From: a virus
Lineage: Duplodnaviria > Caudoviricetes
DNA: 25,492 bases
Reading direction: 5' to 3' (one strand)
Virus record (IMG/VR): IMGVR_UViG_3300037484_000954
Location: 1 to 25,492 of that record
Each line of letters opens with the position of its first letter. Within the stretch, counting starts at the first letter, position 1. Shown here piece by piece: positions 7,547 to 14,422 of the stretch. A program made the translations under genes and the position numbers. Under the pieces are notes generated by a model. The model did no database searches. It was not told where the DNA came from and worked only from the letters and a program-made list of their open reading frames with translations.

Positions 7547-7626
7547 AGCTTAGCTTGGTGTGGTCTGGCGAGGCGCCGCGGGGCCGGGCAAGGCTCAGCC
7601 GGGCGAGGCAATGCAAGGCATGGCTT
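7547..7626 (+). repeat. GGY-NN pentamer tract 5 (16 units)
   Basis: NN = TT TT GT CT GA GC GG CG AA TC CG GA AA AA AT TT. Separated from tract 4 by the 15-nt linker GGAGGTTTTTTTGGC. Confidence 0.85.
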
Positions 7627-7649
7627 GGGATTTTACAAGGAGAAATGAT

Positions 7650-7835
7650 ATGTGCCAATCCTGCGAATGGTCCGAAGCCCTCGAGGAATTGAACGAGCTT
7701 TGCTCCGACGAGGACTACGAATTCGCCAACGATACCCTGTCCGGCATCGCGGAGTGGGTCGAAGAAAAGAAGCACATCACCGACAAGCAGCTCACGGCGA
7801 TCGGGAACATCAAGCGATCAGGCGAAGATCGGTGA
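7650..7835 (+). CDS. Small acidic hypothetical protein (61 aa)
   Basis: MCQSCEWSEALEEL..., with SD AAGGAG. Coupled to the next gene by GTGA. Confidence 0.7.
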   Translation: MCQSCEWSEALEELNELCSDEDYEFANDTLSGIAEWVEEKKHITDKQLTAIGNIKRSGEDR

Positions 7836-8128
7836 AAGAAGTCAACGGGGTGTGGCATGAGGATCCGTTCCATGAATGGTTCGGTTTGTCCTATTCGTCC
7901 TACCTGGTATTGCCCCGCGTGACGCTTACGTCCATGCCGATCGAATGGCAGAAAAAAATGATCGCCCTTTTGGACGAGGCGCGAGAAAGCCTTCCGGAGC
8001 CATTGCCGGAAGGCGCTACCCATTATTGGGTGAGAGCTGTGGGGCCGCGGGGCGCCTTCATCAAGGATCCGCTGATTCATTATCGGCATCATCCCGGGCT
8101 ACCGCTGAAAAAAATGGAGGATCGATGA
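7832..8128 (+). CDS. Hypothetical phage protein (98 aa)
   Basis: GTG start overlapping the previous stop. Contains WFGLSYSSYLVLPR..SMPIEWQ..DPL. Confidence 0.7.
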   Translation: MKEVNGVWHEDPFHEWFGLSYSSYLVLPRVTLTSMPIEWQKKMIALLDEARESLPEPLPEGATHYWVRAVGPRGAFIKDPLIHYRHHPGLPLKKMEDR

Positions 8129-8301
8129 AAGTCTATCTTGGAGATGCAGTTTACGCCGACATTGGAGCTTATGGAATTGTGCTCACAACGTCTGACGGAA
8201 TTTCAGACACGAACGTGATCTATCTTGAACCGGAAGTGATCGCGGCCCTCTTGAAATACCTCGAGAAGCAGGGATACGCGGCGAAGGCTCCCGGGAAATG
8301 A
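8125..8301 (+). CDS. Hypothetical phage protein (58 aa)
   Basis: MKVYLGDAVYAD..IYLEPEV, with SD GGAGG and ATGA overlaps at both ends. Confidence 0.7.
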   Translation: MKVYLGDAVYADIGAYGIVLTTSDGISDTNVIYLEPEVIAALLKYLEKQGYAAKAPGK

Positions 8302-9017
8302 TCGACCTCAACTCCAAGACCATGCTCTCCGACCGGATCAATTTCCTCATCGATGAAGCGATCTCCGCTGCCCGGACCAAGGACGTTCCGCGGGGATATC
8401 TCGGGGCGTCGATCGCCGGCCATGCCTGTGATCGGTACGTCCAATATCAATGGCTGGCCATCCAGCAGGAGATCCCCAGCGAGGGGTTCCCGCCACGGAC
8501 TCTGCGGATCTTCGACCGCGGGAACATCTACGAGGACCGCGCGCGGCGCTGGCTGCAAAGCGCCGGGTTCCTGTTCGCACCGAATCACCCGGACATAAAA
8601 GATTTCGACGGCAAATTCGGCGGCCACGTGGACGGTATCATCGCCGGATTCTACCCCGGGATCTCACCGATCGCGCTGCCGGCCCTGTGGGAATGCAAAT
8701 GCCTGGGCGCGAAGGGCTGGAAGGCGCTCGAGAAGGACGGGCTGAAAAAATACTCGCCCACCTATTTCGGTCAGGTACAGCTCTACATGGGATACCTGGG
8801 CCTTTCCCGCTGCCTGTTCACGGCCGTCAACGCCGACACCATGGAGTTGCAGCACTTCCTGATTGAATTCGACGCGAAGGAATTCGAGCTCGTCAAATCC
8901 AAGGTTTCCCGGGTGTTCACGGCCACCAAGCTCGGGGAGCTCCTGCCGCGGTGCACCACGGATCCGGCGTTCTACCTGTGCGTCTACTGCCCGTTCCGGA
9001 AACCGTGCTGGGCGTGA
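8298..9017 (+). CDS. PD-(D/E)XK exonuclease, Cas4/AddB-like with 4 Cys
   Basis: YLGASIAGHAC, GHVDGII, LWECKC, QVQLYMGY and C-terminal CVYCPFRKPC motifs. Confidence 0.85.
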   Translation: MIDLNSKTMLSDRINFLIDEAISAARTKDVPRGYLGASIAGHACDRYVQYQWLAIQQEIPSEGFPPRTLRIFDRGNIYEDRARRWLQSAGFLFAPNHPDIKDFDGKFGGHVDGIIAGFYPGISPIALPALWECKCLGAKGWKALEKDGLKKYSPTYFGQVQLYMGYLGLSRCLFTAVNADTMELQHFLIEFDAKEFELVKSKVSRVFTATKLGELLPRCTTDPAFYLCVYCPFRKPCWA

Positions 9018-10039
9018 CGTTAACCTTCGGTTCCTTATTCGCTGGCATAGGAGGTTTCGACCTCGGCCTTGAACGCGCCGGAATGGTTCCATCGTGGCAA
9101 GTCGAGATCGACCCGTTTTGCCTGAAGGTTCTTGAGAAACATTGGCCGAACGTCAGGAGGTATGCGGATGTCAGGGAAGTACACGGGGTTAATTCCCACA
9201 CCGCAATCGCGGGACTGGAAAGGACAGTCGGGGCGATCATTGAAGGGGAAAGAGTACGATTTACCAACCCATCTGAAATGCCCGAAACCTGTCCCTCCTG
9301 CCTCCCCGCAGTTGACCTTATTTGCGGAGGGTTCCCCTGCCAGCCGTTCAGTGTCGCCGGGAAGCAGCGAGGCAAGGAGGATGACCGCCATCTCTGGCCT
9401 GAAATGTTCCGAATTGTGTCGGAACTCAGGCCCACTTGGGTTGTTGGAGAGAATGTTCCTGGGCTGGTCCGGTTGGGCCTCGATGAAGTGCTTTCTGACT
9501 TGGAAGGTATCGGGTACTCCACGCAGACGTTTGATATTCCGGCTTGTGCGGTCGATGCCCCCCATGTCAGGCACAGGATCTGGATTGTGGCGTTCTCCGG
9601 ACGCGAACGATTGGAAGAATCGCGTGTATTCGGATCAGATCAACTTAGCGGATCAGGTTCGATTCGGGAAGGACAAGCCGGGGCCAGAGTTTACGAAGAT
9701 GTGGCCCACCCCCCGCTCAGGCAAAACGACGGACGAGAACGAGGAATCATGGAGGGCGAGGAACGAGGCGGGGGGCGTGTCCACGCCGCCGCTAACGCTT
9801 GCGGTGAAGATGTGGCCGACGCCGACCGGACAGGATGCGGAGAACAATGCGGGGCCGAGTCAATTCAACCGGAACTCCCTGCCGCTGAATGCGGAAGTAG
9901 GTGGCTCCCTGAACCCGAACTGGGTCGAGTGGCTCATGGGATACCCCGTAGGGTGGACCGATTGCGATCCCTCGGCAACGCCGTCGTACCGCAAGTAGTG
10001 GAGATCATCGGCAGGGCGATCATGGGGGCGGCACTGTGA
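9014..10039 (+). CDS. DNA cytosine-C5 methyltransferase (large polypeptide)
   Basis: GTG start at 9014. Motif I SLFAGIGG, motif IV GGFPCQPFS, motif VI ENVPG, motif VIII HVRHRIWIVA and motif X LGNAVVPQ. Confidence 0.9.
   Translation: MTLTFGSLFAGIGGFDLGLERAGMVPSWQVEIDPFCLKVLEKHWPNVRRYADVREVHGVNSHTAIAGLERTVGAIIEGERVRFTNPSEMPETCPSCLPAVDLICGGFPCQPFSVAGKQRGKEDDRHLWPEMFRIVSELRPTWVVGENVPGLVRLGLDEVLSDLEGIGYSTQTFDIPACAVDAPHVRHRIWIVAFSGRERLEESRVFGSDQLSGSGSIREGQAGARVYEDVAHPPLRQNDGRERGIMEGEERGGGRVHAAANACGEDVADADRTGCGEQCGAESIQPELPAAECGSRWLPEPELGRVAHGIPRRVDRLRSLGNAVVPQVVEIIGRAIMGAAL
9168..9998 (+). CDS. Nested +1-frame ORF, putative small methyltransferase subunit carrying motif IX
   Basis: SD AGGAGG (9155-9160) lies 7 nt before ATG 9168. 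The frame is open for 276 codons, with WPTP repeats and LNPNWVEWLMGYPVGWT. Confidence 0.65.
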   Translation: MSGKYTGLIPTPQSRDWKGQSGRSLKGKEYDLPTHLKCPKPVPPASPQLTLFAEGSPASRSVSPGSSEARRMTAISGLKCSELCRNSGPLGLLERMFLGWSGWASMKCFLTWKVSGTPRRRLIFRLVRSMPPMSGTGSGLWRSPDANDWKNRVYSDQINLADQVRFGKDKPGPEFTKMWPTPRSGKTTDENEESWRARNEAGGVSTPPLTLAVKMWPTPTGQDAENNAGPSQFNRNSLPLNAEVGGSLNPNWVEWLMGYPVGWTDCDPSATPSYRK

Positions 10040-11217
10040 GCATCGATTTCAACAACACCGGCGCGCCACCCCCGCCACCGGATGACGACTACGGGCTCGA
10101 GGACGTTCTCGAGGCGCCCCCGCCACAATGGGCCCAGCCCAAGAAGGAGCCCCCCAAGCCGGCAGAGCCGATGCTGGTCGACGTCAATGAGCTCAAGCTC
10201 ATCGAGCCGACGTTCCTGGTCGAAGATGCCATCGAAACCCCAAGCACCGGCATGGTGTTCGGCGCCTCGGGATCCGGGAAGAGCTTCTTCATCCTCGATA
10301 TAGCCCTCCATTGCGCCGCGGGAGTGCCCTGGCTGGGCAAAACGGTGAAGGAGGGGCCGGTGATCTACCTGTGCGGCGAAGGCCGTCACGCGGTCCCACG
10401 GCGCGTAGCAGCGTGGAAATCAAAGTACGGCGCCATCCCCAACGGCCGATTTCTTATGTCCAACCGCCGCGTTCAATTCGATCCCGACACCATCCTCGAA
10501 ATGTTGTGCGAAATCAATAAGCTGGCTGCCTTGAGCGAATTGCCCGTGCTGATCGTCATCGACACCATGGCCCGGGCCCTGCCGGGGGATTGCGACGAGA
10601 ACAGCGCCAAGGACACCATGGCATTCGTCGACATGTGCGATCGGCTGCAGCAGCAATATAACTGCGCGGTGATCATCATCCATCATACAGGTCATGCGGA
10701 GGACACCAAGAAGCGCGCCCGGGGATCCTCGGCCCTGAAAGGCGCGATGGATCTCGAGATCCTACTGGACGCCGGCAAGGGCGTGATCGAATGGATGAAA
10801 ACCAAGGACTCGGAACCGCATCTGCCGATCAAATACGAACTCGTCAAGACCACCTACGGCGACGGGCCCAGGGACAATTCCTGCATCGTGAAATACGATG
10901 TGAAGTACGACCCCACCACCGAAAACATGACCAAGCCGGCTAAGGTCGGCGCGGCGACCCTCTCCACCCTCTGTCATAAACTCGGCACTACGCAAATCCC
11001 GATTGATACTTGGAGGGAGGAATTCCAAGCTGAATACGGGGGAAATGCGGCTGCGAAACGGCAAGCGTTTGGACGTGCCAAAAATGATCTCGAGAAGATT
11101 AAATATATCCAGATCCGCGGCGACGCCATCCACGTCAAATCGGTCGAAGTCCAAGGAGACTCAATCGAGATGGCGATGTTTGGTCATCTTTTAAATGGAA
11201 ACGGAAAGGAACAATAA
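10036..11217 (+). CDS. AAA_25 / RepA-like SF4 replicative helicase
   Basis: GASGSGKSF, VIYLCGEG, LIVIDTMAR, IIHHTGH and RARGSSALKGAMD motifs. Confidence 0.88.
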   Translation: MSIDFNNTGAPPPPPDDDYGLEDVLEAPPPQWAQPKKEPPKPAEPMLVDVNELKLIEPTFLVEDAIETPSTGMVFGASGSGKSFFILDIALHCAAGVPWLGKTVKEGPVIYLCGEGRHAVPRRVAAWKSKYGAIPNGRFLMSNRRVQFDPDTILEMLCEINKLAALSELPVLIVIDTMARALPGDCDENSAKDTMAFVDMCDRLQQQYNCAVIIIHHTGHAEDTKKRARGSSALKGAMDLEILLDAGKGVIEWMKTKDSEPHLPIKYELVKTTYGDGPRDNSCIVKYDVKYDPTTENMTKPAKVGAATLSTLCHKLGTTQIPIDTWREEFQAEYGGNAAAKRQAFGRAKNDLEKIKYIQIRGDAIHVKSVEVQGDSIEMAMFGHLLNGNGKEQ

Positions 11218-11219
11218 AA

Positions 11220-11816
11220 ATGAAAGGACAAAGAAACATTACTCAAGCAAAAGACTCAGGGGTTTGTGGTGCAATCGCAGAACTATTCGCAGCCAATTTC
11301 TTTATGGATCAAGGCTATCATGTATATAGAAGCTTGTCCCGTACCGGGCTACACGATCTAATAATTACAAAAAGGAGTAAAATCGAAACAGTCCAGGTCG
11401 GAACGGGAAAAATAAACCCCGATACCGGAACAATCCAGTTTAAGAAAAACATAAAAACATGCAAGTCTGATTATTTGTTCATCTATCATCAATTAAAGAG
11501 TGTTTTTATTGATGTTAAATCATCAACACCTATCGATATCTCTCACGATGCAACCCAATCCCTGTTGCCGCGACCATTAAAATTTGTACCCAAAAACCAA
11601 TCCCGAAATGTCGGTTTGGGGGAAAAAACACTGGCCGACACCATCAGCAATTCCATCGATGGGATAGCCGACGAAAATGAATGGAGGCGTCGTTTTTATG
11701 AGGAATACATAGGGGCGAAATCCGGGAGAAGAGTGGCGTTCAGACGAGCCAAAAAACTACTTATCCATAAAAAACAAGAATCAACACCAATAACAAATTC
11801 ATCAATGGTTTTGTAA
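11220..11816 (+). CDS. PD-(D/E)XK endonuclease-like protein, possibly degenerate
   Basis: GAIAELFAANFFMDQGYHVY..HDLII..VQVGT. The usual QVK lysine is replaced by Gly. AT-rich gene. Confidence 0.6.
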   Translation: MKGQRNITQAKDSGVCGAIAELFAANFFMDQGYHVYRSLSRTGLHDLIITKRSKIETVQVGTGKINPDTGTIQFKKNIKTCKSDYLFIYHQLKSVFIDVKSSTPIDISHDATQSLLPRPLKFVPKNQSRNVGLGEKTLADTISNSIDGIADENEWRRRFYEEYIGAKSGRRVAFRRAKKLLIHKKQESTPITNSSMVL

Positions 11817-11825
11817 CAGTTATAT

Positions 11826-12060
11826 GCGTGACGTGAAAGTAAAACCTTATGCTGTTTTATTTTAGTCACAATGAATTAATTGTGACAAGCGTGACAAAAA
11901 AAGCAATAGAGGGGGCCATGGTTAAAATCATAATCAAATCAACAATAAGGAGGTAATCGTGACAAATGTGACAGACCGTGACAAACGCGACATTTTGAAA
12001 ACTGGATTAAGGGCCGTGAAGCGTGACGGCCCCTTCTTTAGAAGGGCCGTCGCGTCACGC
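11826..12060. other. Candidate replication origin: GTGAC(A) iterons, AT-rich spacers and a hairpin
   Basis: GTGAC at 11828, 11882, 11891, 11959, 11968, 11978 and 12023, GCGACA at 11987, and inverted GTCAC copies. Hairpin GACGGCCCCTTC-TTTA-GAAGGGCCGTC. Confidence 0.55.
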
Positions 12061-12080
12061 CATCCCTGGGGCCATCTAAA

Positions 12081-12437
12081 ATGATCTCCCTGCTCCTGGC
12101 CATCCGAACGGAGTCCGAAGCGAACCTCCGGGAAAACTGGCACGTCAAGGCGAAGCGCGTTCAAACCCAACGGGCCATCACCCGAGTCATGGTCGGGCAA
12201 CATCGAAAGGACTGGCGAGACGATCGCCCAAACACCCACTACGTCATCACCCTCACCCGAATCGCACCACGACCCCTCGACTCCGATAACCTGGCCCGAT
12301 CCTTCAAGGCGATCCGCGACGGAATCGCTGACGCCCTCGAAATCGACGATGGATCGAAATACCTCGCGTGGAATTACGCCCAGGAAAAAGGACCGCCGAA
12401 ACAATACGCGGTCCGAATCCAAATCAAATCCGCATAG
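12081..12437 (+). CDS. RusA-like Holliday junction resolvase
   Basis: ITLTRIAPRPLDSDNLARSFKAIRDGIADALEIDDG fits the D-x-DN..K...D......DD pattern. Confidence 0.78.
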   Translation: MISLLLAIRTESEANLRENWHVKAKRVQTQRAITRVMVGQHRKDWRDDRPNTHYVITLTRIAPRPLDSDNLARSFKAIRDGIADALEIDDGSKYLAWNYAQEKGPPKQYAVRIQIKSA

Positions 12438-12455
12438 CGGAGAAGGAGGACGTTC

Positions 12456-12665
12456 TTGATTACACCCGTAGGCGAAACAACCCCGATCATCGCAATGGTA
12501 ATGGCGTTCGTAACCGGAATGCTGGTAGGAATGTCAATACGAGCACACGCCCACGAAGAGGAAATCGAATCGATCCTGAGAATCGCACGACGAGTCGAAA
12601 CGACGAAAATGGAAAAGGCCCCGAAATCGGAGCCCTGTCCACCGGAAAATCGCCTCCCGTGTTAA
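12456..12665 (+). CDS. Small membrane protein
   Basis: TTG start with SD AAGGAGG. Hydrophobic stretch IIAMVMAFVTGMLVGMSI. Confidence 0.55.
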   Translation: MITPVGETTPIIAMVMAFVTGMLVGMSIRAHAHEEEIESILRIARRVETTKMEKAPKSEPCPPENRLPC

Positions 12666-12826
12666 CTCGACTCGGCACGGCGTTCCTGAATCGCCTTGAT
12701 TGCAAGCTGGCGAAGGAAGGCGGTCGGTGTGGCGCCTTCCTTCTCCGCTTGCTCACGAAAGGCGATTGCCTCCGGCTCGCTCAATGTGGTCTGTACGATG
12801 ACCGGGCGCTTCTTGCTTTTCATCAT
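12662..12826 (-). CDS. Ribbon-helix-helix (CopG/Arc-like) protein, 54 aa (not in the ORF track)
   Basis: Manual translation: MMKSKKRPVIVQTTLSEPEAIAFREQAEKEGATPTAFLRQLAIKAIQERRAESS. ATGA coupling to the upstream gene. Confidence 0.72.
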   Translation of the reverse strand: MMKSKKRPVIVQTTLSEPEAIAFREQAEKEGATPTAFLRQLAIKAIQERRAESS

Positions 12827-13032
12827 CGATCACCCCTCCCCTCGTTCTTGATTTCGATGTTGTTCTTCTTCACGGCGCTATTCCACGGCTCCCGGAACTT
12901 ACCACGAAAAAAGATCCGGGCGTCAACTTCCCGGCCGTGGTCGGAACATCGTCGGCACAGCCGGTCCGGGGTGCACTTGCACTTCGGATCGGCGATCCCC
13001 TGAAACTTCGGCGTCTCCCGTTCCTGATTCAT
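12823..13032 (-). CDS. Small Cys-rich hypothetical protein
   Basis: CKC..CRRC. Part of the tightly coupled leftward cluster, with SD GGAGG. Confidence 0.6.
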   Translation of the reverse strand: MNQERETPKFQGIADPKCKCTPDRLCRRCSDHGREVDARIFFRGKFREPWNSAVKKNNIEIKNEGRGDR

Positions 13033-13035
13033 GGG

Positions 13036-13233
13036 CTAATCCCTCCCCTCGGCTTGGCCCCTCGCCCACTTAATCGCGGATTGCTTGCGTCTGAATTCTT
13101 CAAGCATACATTGTTCCCCGTTTGGCACATCACGGCCAACAACATACTTCGGCAGCCGCTCCCGCTGCGCCCAGCGACCTCGCTTGTAAACAATGAGGCT
13201 CCCGAATTCCGCAATCCGGTATATGGTGTTCAT
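13036..13233 (-). CDS. Hypothetical protein (65 aa)
   Basis: ATGA overlap with the upstream gene. Fills the operon. Confidence 0.6.
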   Translation of the reverse strand: MNTIYRIAEFGSLIVYKRGRWAQRERLPKYVVGRDVPNGEQCMLEEFRRKQSAIKWARGQAEGRD

Positions 13234-13436
13234 GCCCTCACCCCCTTCAACTCGACCATTCGCGTGTTGCGGTACCCCCGGCGAACGATCTTCTTGTTGC
13301 CGATGATCCGGTCCGGGATGATCTGAACCGAATCGACCCGCCGCCCTCGGCTGTCGATCAACCCCACGGTGATATTGACGATCCCCAGCGGCGTTTTCAC
13401 GTGCAGCGATCCGCTTTTTAAGGTTGCGGTTTTCAT
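13230..13436 (-). CDS. Hypothetical protein (68 aa)
   Basis: SD AAGGAG, with ATGA overlaps on both sides. Confidence 0.65.
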   Translation of the reverse strand: MKTATLKSGSLHVKTPLGIVNITVGLIDSRGRRVDSVQIIPDRIIGNKKIVRRGYRNTRMVELKGVRA

Positions 13437-13864
13437 GTCCAGTCTCCTTGTTCTCGAAATGAGAAATGTGCGCCCGTCGATCCCACGATCACGTGATCCA
13501 CCACCGGAATGCCCAGGATCTTCCCGGCGTCTCGCAGCCGCTTCGTTACCTCGGCGTCCTGGCCGCTCGGCTTCGGATCCCCGCTCGGGTGGTTATGCGC
13601 AAGGATGATCCCGGCAGCACTCCCGGCCACAGCCGCCTTGAATACCTCCCTCGGATGAATCAGCGCGCCGTCTAAAATCCCGATGGTCACAACTTCCTCG
13701 GCAATCACCCGATGTTTGACGTCCAGCAACAGCACCACGAATGCCTCCCGATCACGGTCGGCGTACCCCTGCCGGATCAGGTAGGTCGCTACATCCCCGG
13801 CGTCCTTGAAGGGGAACGTCTCCGGGCCATCCTCCCGGACCATCTGCCAGCGTATGCGGCTCAT
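13433..13864 (-). CDS. radC: RadC-like JAB/MPN domain protein
   Basis: REAFVVLLLD, IHPREVFK, AHNHPSGDPKPSGQD and VDHVIVG motifs. Confidence 0.93.
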   Translation of the reverse strand: MSRIRWQMVREDGPETFPFKDAGDVATYLIRQGYADRDREAFVVLLLDVKHRVIAEEVVTIGILDGALIHPREVFKAAVAGSAAGIILAHNHPSGDPKPSGQDAEVTKRLRDAGKILGIPVVDHVIVGSTGAHFSFREQGDWT

Positions 13865-14058
13865 AATTGCCTCCCTTCCTCAGCGTCCAGAAAATAGGCT
13901 TCCTCGTCCTCACACTCGGCGTCCGTCTGACATCGGTGCTGCCCGGGATGGCAACTCACCGAATGTGCACAGCCGGACGAAACACAGAACCAGACCACCA
14001 CGCACAACCAGAACAGCACCACCAGCGCCCCCCGGAGGATCCAGCGCCAGGCGGTCAT
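13861..14058 (-). CDS. Small membrane or lipoprotein-like protein
   Basis: Hydrophobic N-terminus followed by SSGC. ATGA-coupled on both sides. Confidence 0.55.
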   Translation of the reverse strand: MTAWRWILRGALVVLFWLCVVVWFCVSSGCAHSVSCHPGQHRCQTDAECEDEEAYFLDAEEGRQL

Positions 14059-14342
14059 CGGGCAAACCTTGGTAAAAAATGATCGGCCAACTTCCCGGTC
14101 GTCCGGTCAAGATGTCGCCGAATCCCGAAAACGTCATGGCTGAAGTTGAAATCGTCGGCGTCCAGCAGCTCGATCAGATGCAACGGATTACCGTTACAAT
14201 GGCAAGCCGCAAGGTCCATCTGCGCGTCCCTCTCCGCGTACTGGCAGCCCGCACCGTCCGCTATCCTGACGGCTCGGACGGCTATCCTCTCGATGATCTT
14301 CAAGTCCTTCTTGCTCGCGTTGAATCGAACGGTCATCACCAT
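14055..14342 (-). CDS. Conserved phage protein (DUF6874-like); start may be 14336
   Basis: MDLAACH..PL.L..LL.ADDFNFSHDVFGIRRHLDRTTGKL..FLPRF. The family name is recalled from memory. Confidence 0.7.
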   Translation of the reverse strand: MVMTVRFNASKKDLKIIERIAVRAVRIADGAGCQYAERDAQMDLAACHCNGNPLHLIELLDADDFNFSHDVFGIRRHLDRTTGKLADHFLPRFAR

Positions 14343-14349
14343 CTCCTTT

Positions 14350-14422
14350 CCCGCTGGCTCATCAGCACCGGGCGCGGTGGCCGGTGGACGGAGCGCGCCA
14401 CACCAGCGCGCCCCGTTTCACC
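14350..14422 (-). ncRNA. Type II hammerhead ribozyme
   Basis: The minus strand reads GGU-GAA-[ACGGGGCGCGC/GCGCGCUCCGU stem III]-C-[CACCGG/CCGGUG stem I]-CUGAUGA-GCC. The GUC cleavage triplet is at 14389-14387. Confidence 0.88.

Noticed and set aside
6327-7626. Classical CRISPR array or simple microsatellite
   Set aside because: There are no 25-40 bp repeats with spacers and no cas1/cas2. The variable dinucleotides are too diverse for a slippage microsatellite.
6327-7626. Self-targets of the NN strings within this window (for example GAAGTCAAC near 7838 and 5875 versus the tract 4 concatenation)
   Set aside because: Only short matches of about 9 nt were seen by eye, which is compatible with chance. 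An exhaustive gapped search could not be run.
5971-7775. ORFs crossing the pentamer tracts (for example 5971-6390, 6390-6962, 6625-6867, 7220-7516, and the N-terminal extensions 6846-6890 and 7560-7649)
   Set aside because: These are low-complexity P/R/A/G/W translations of the 5-nt repeats. The real starts with SDs are at 6409, 6891 and 7650.
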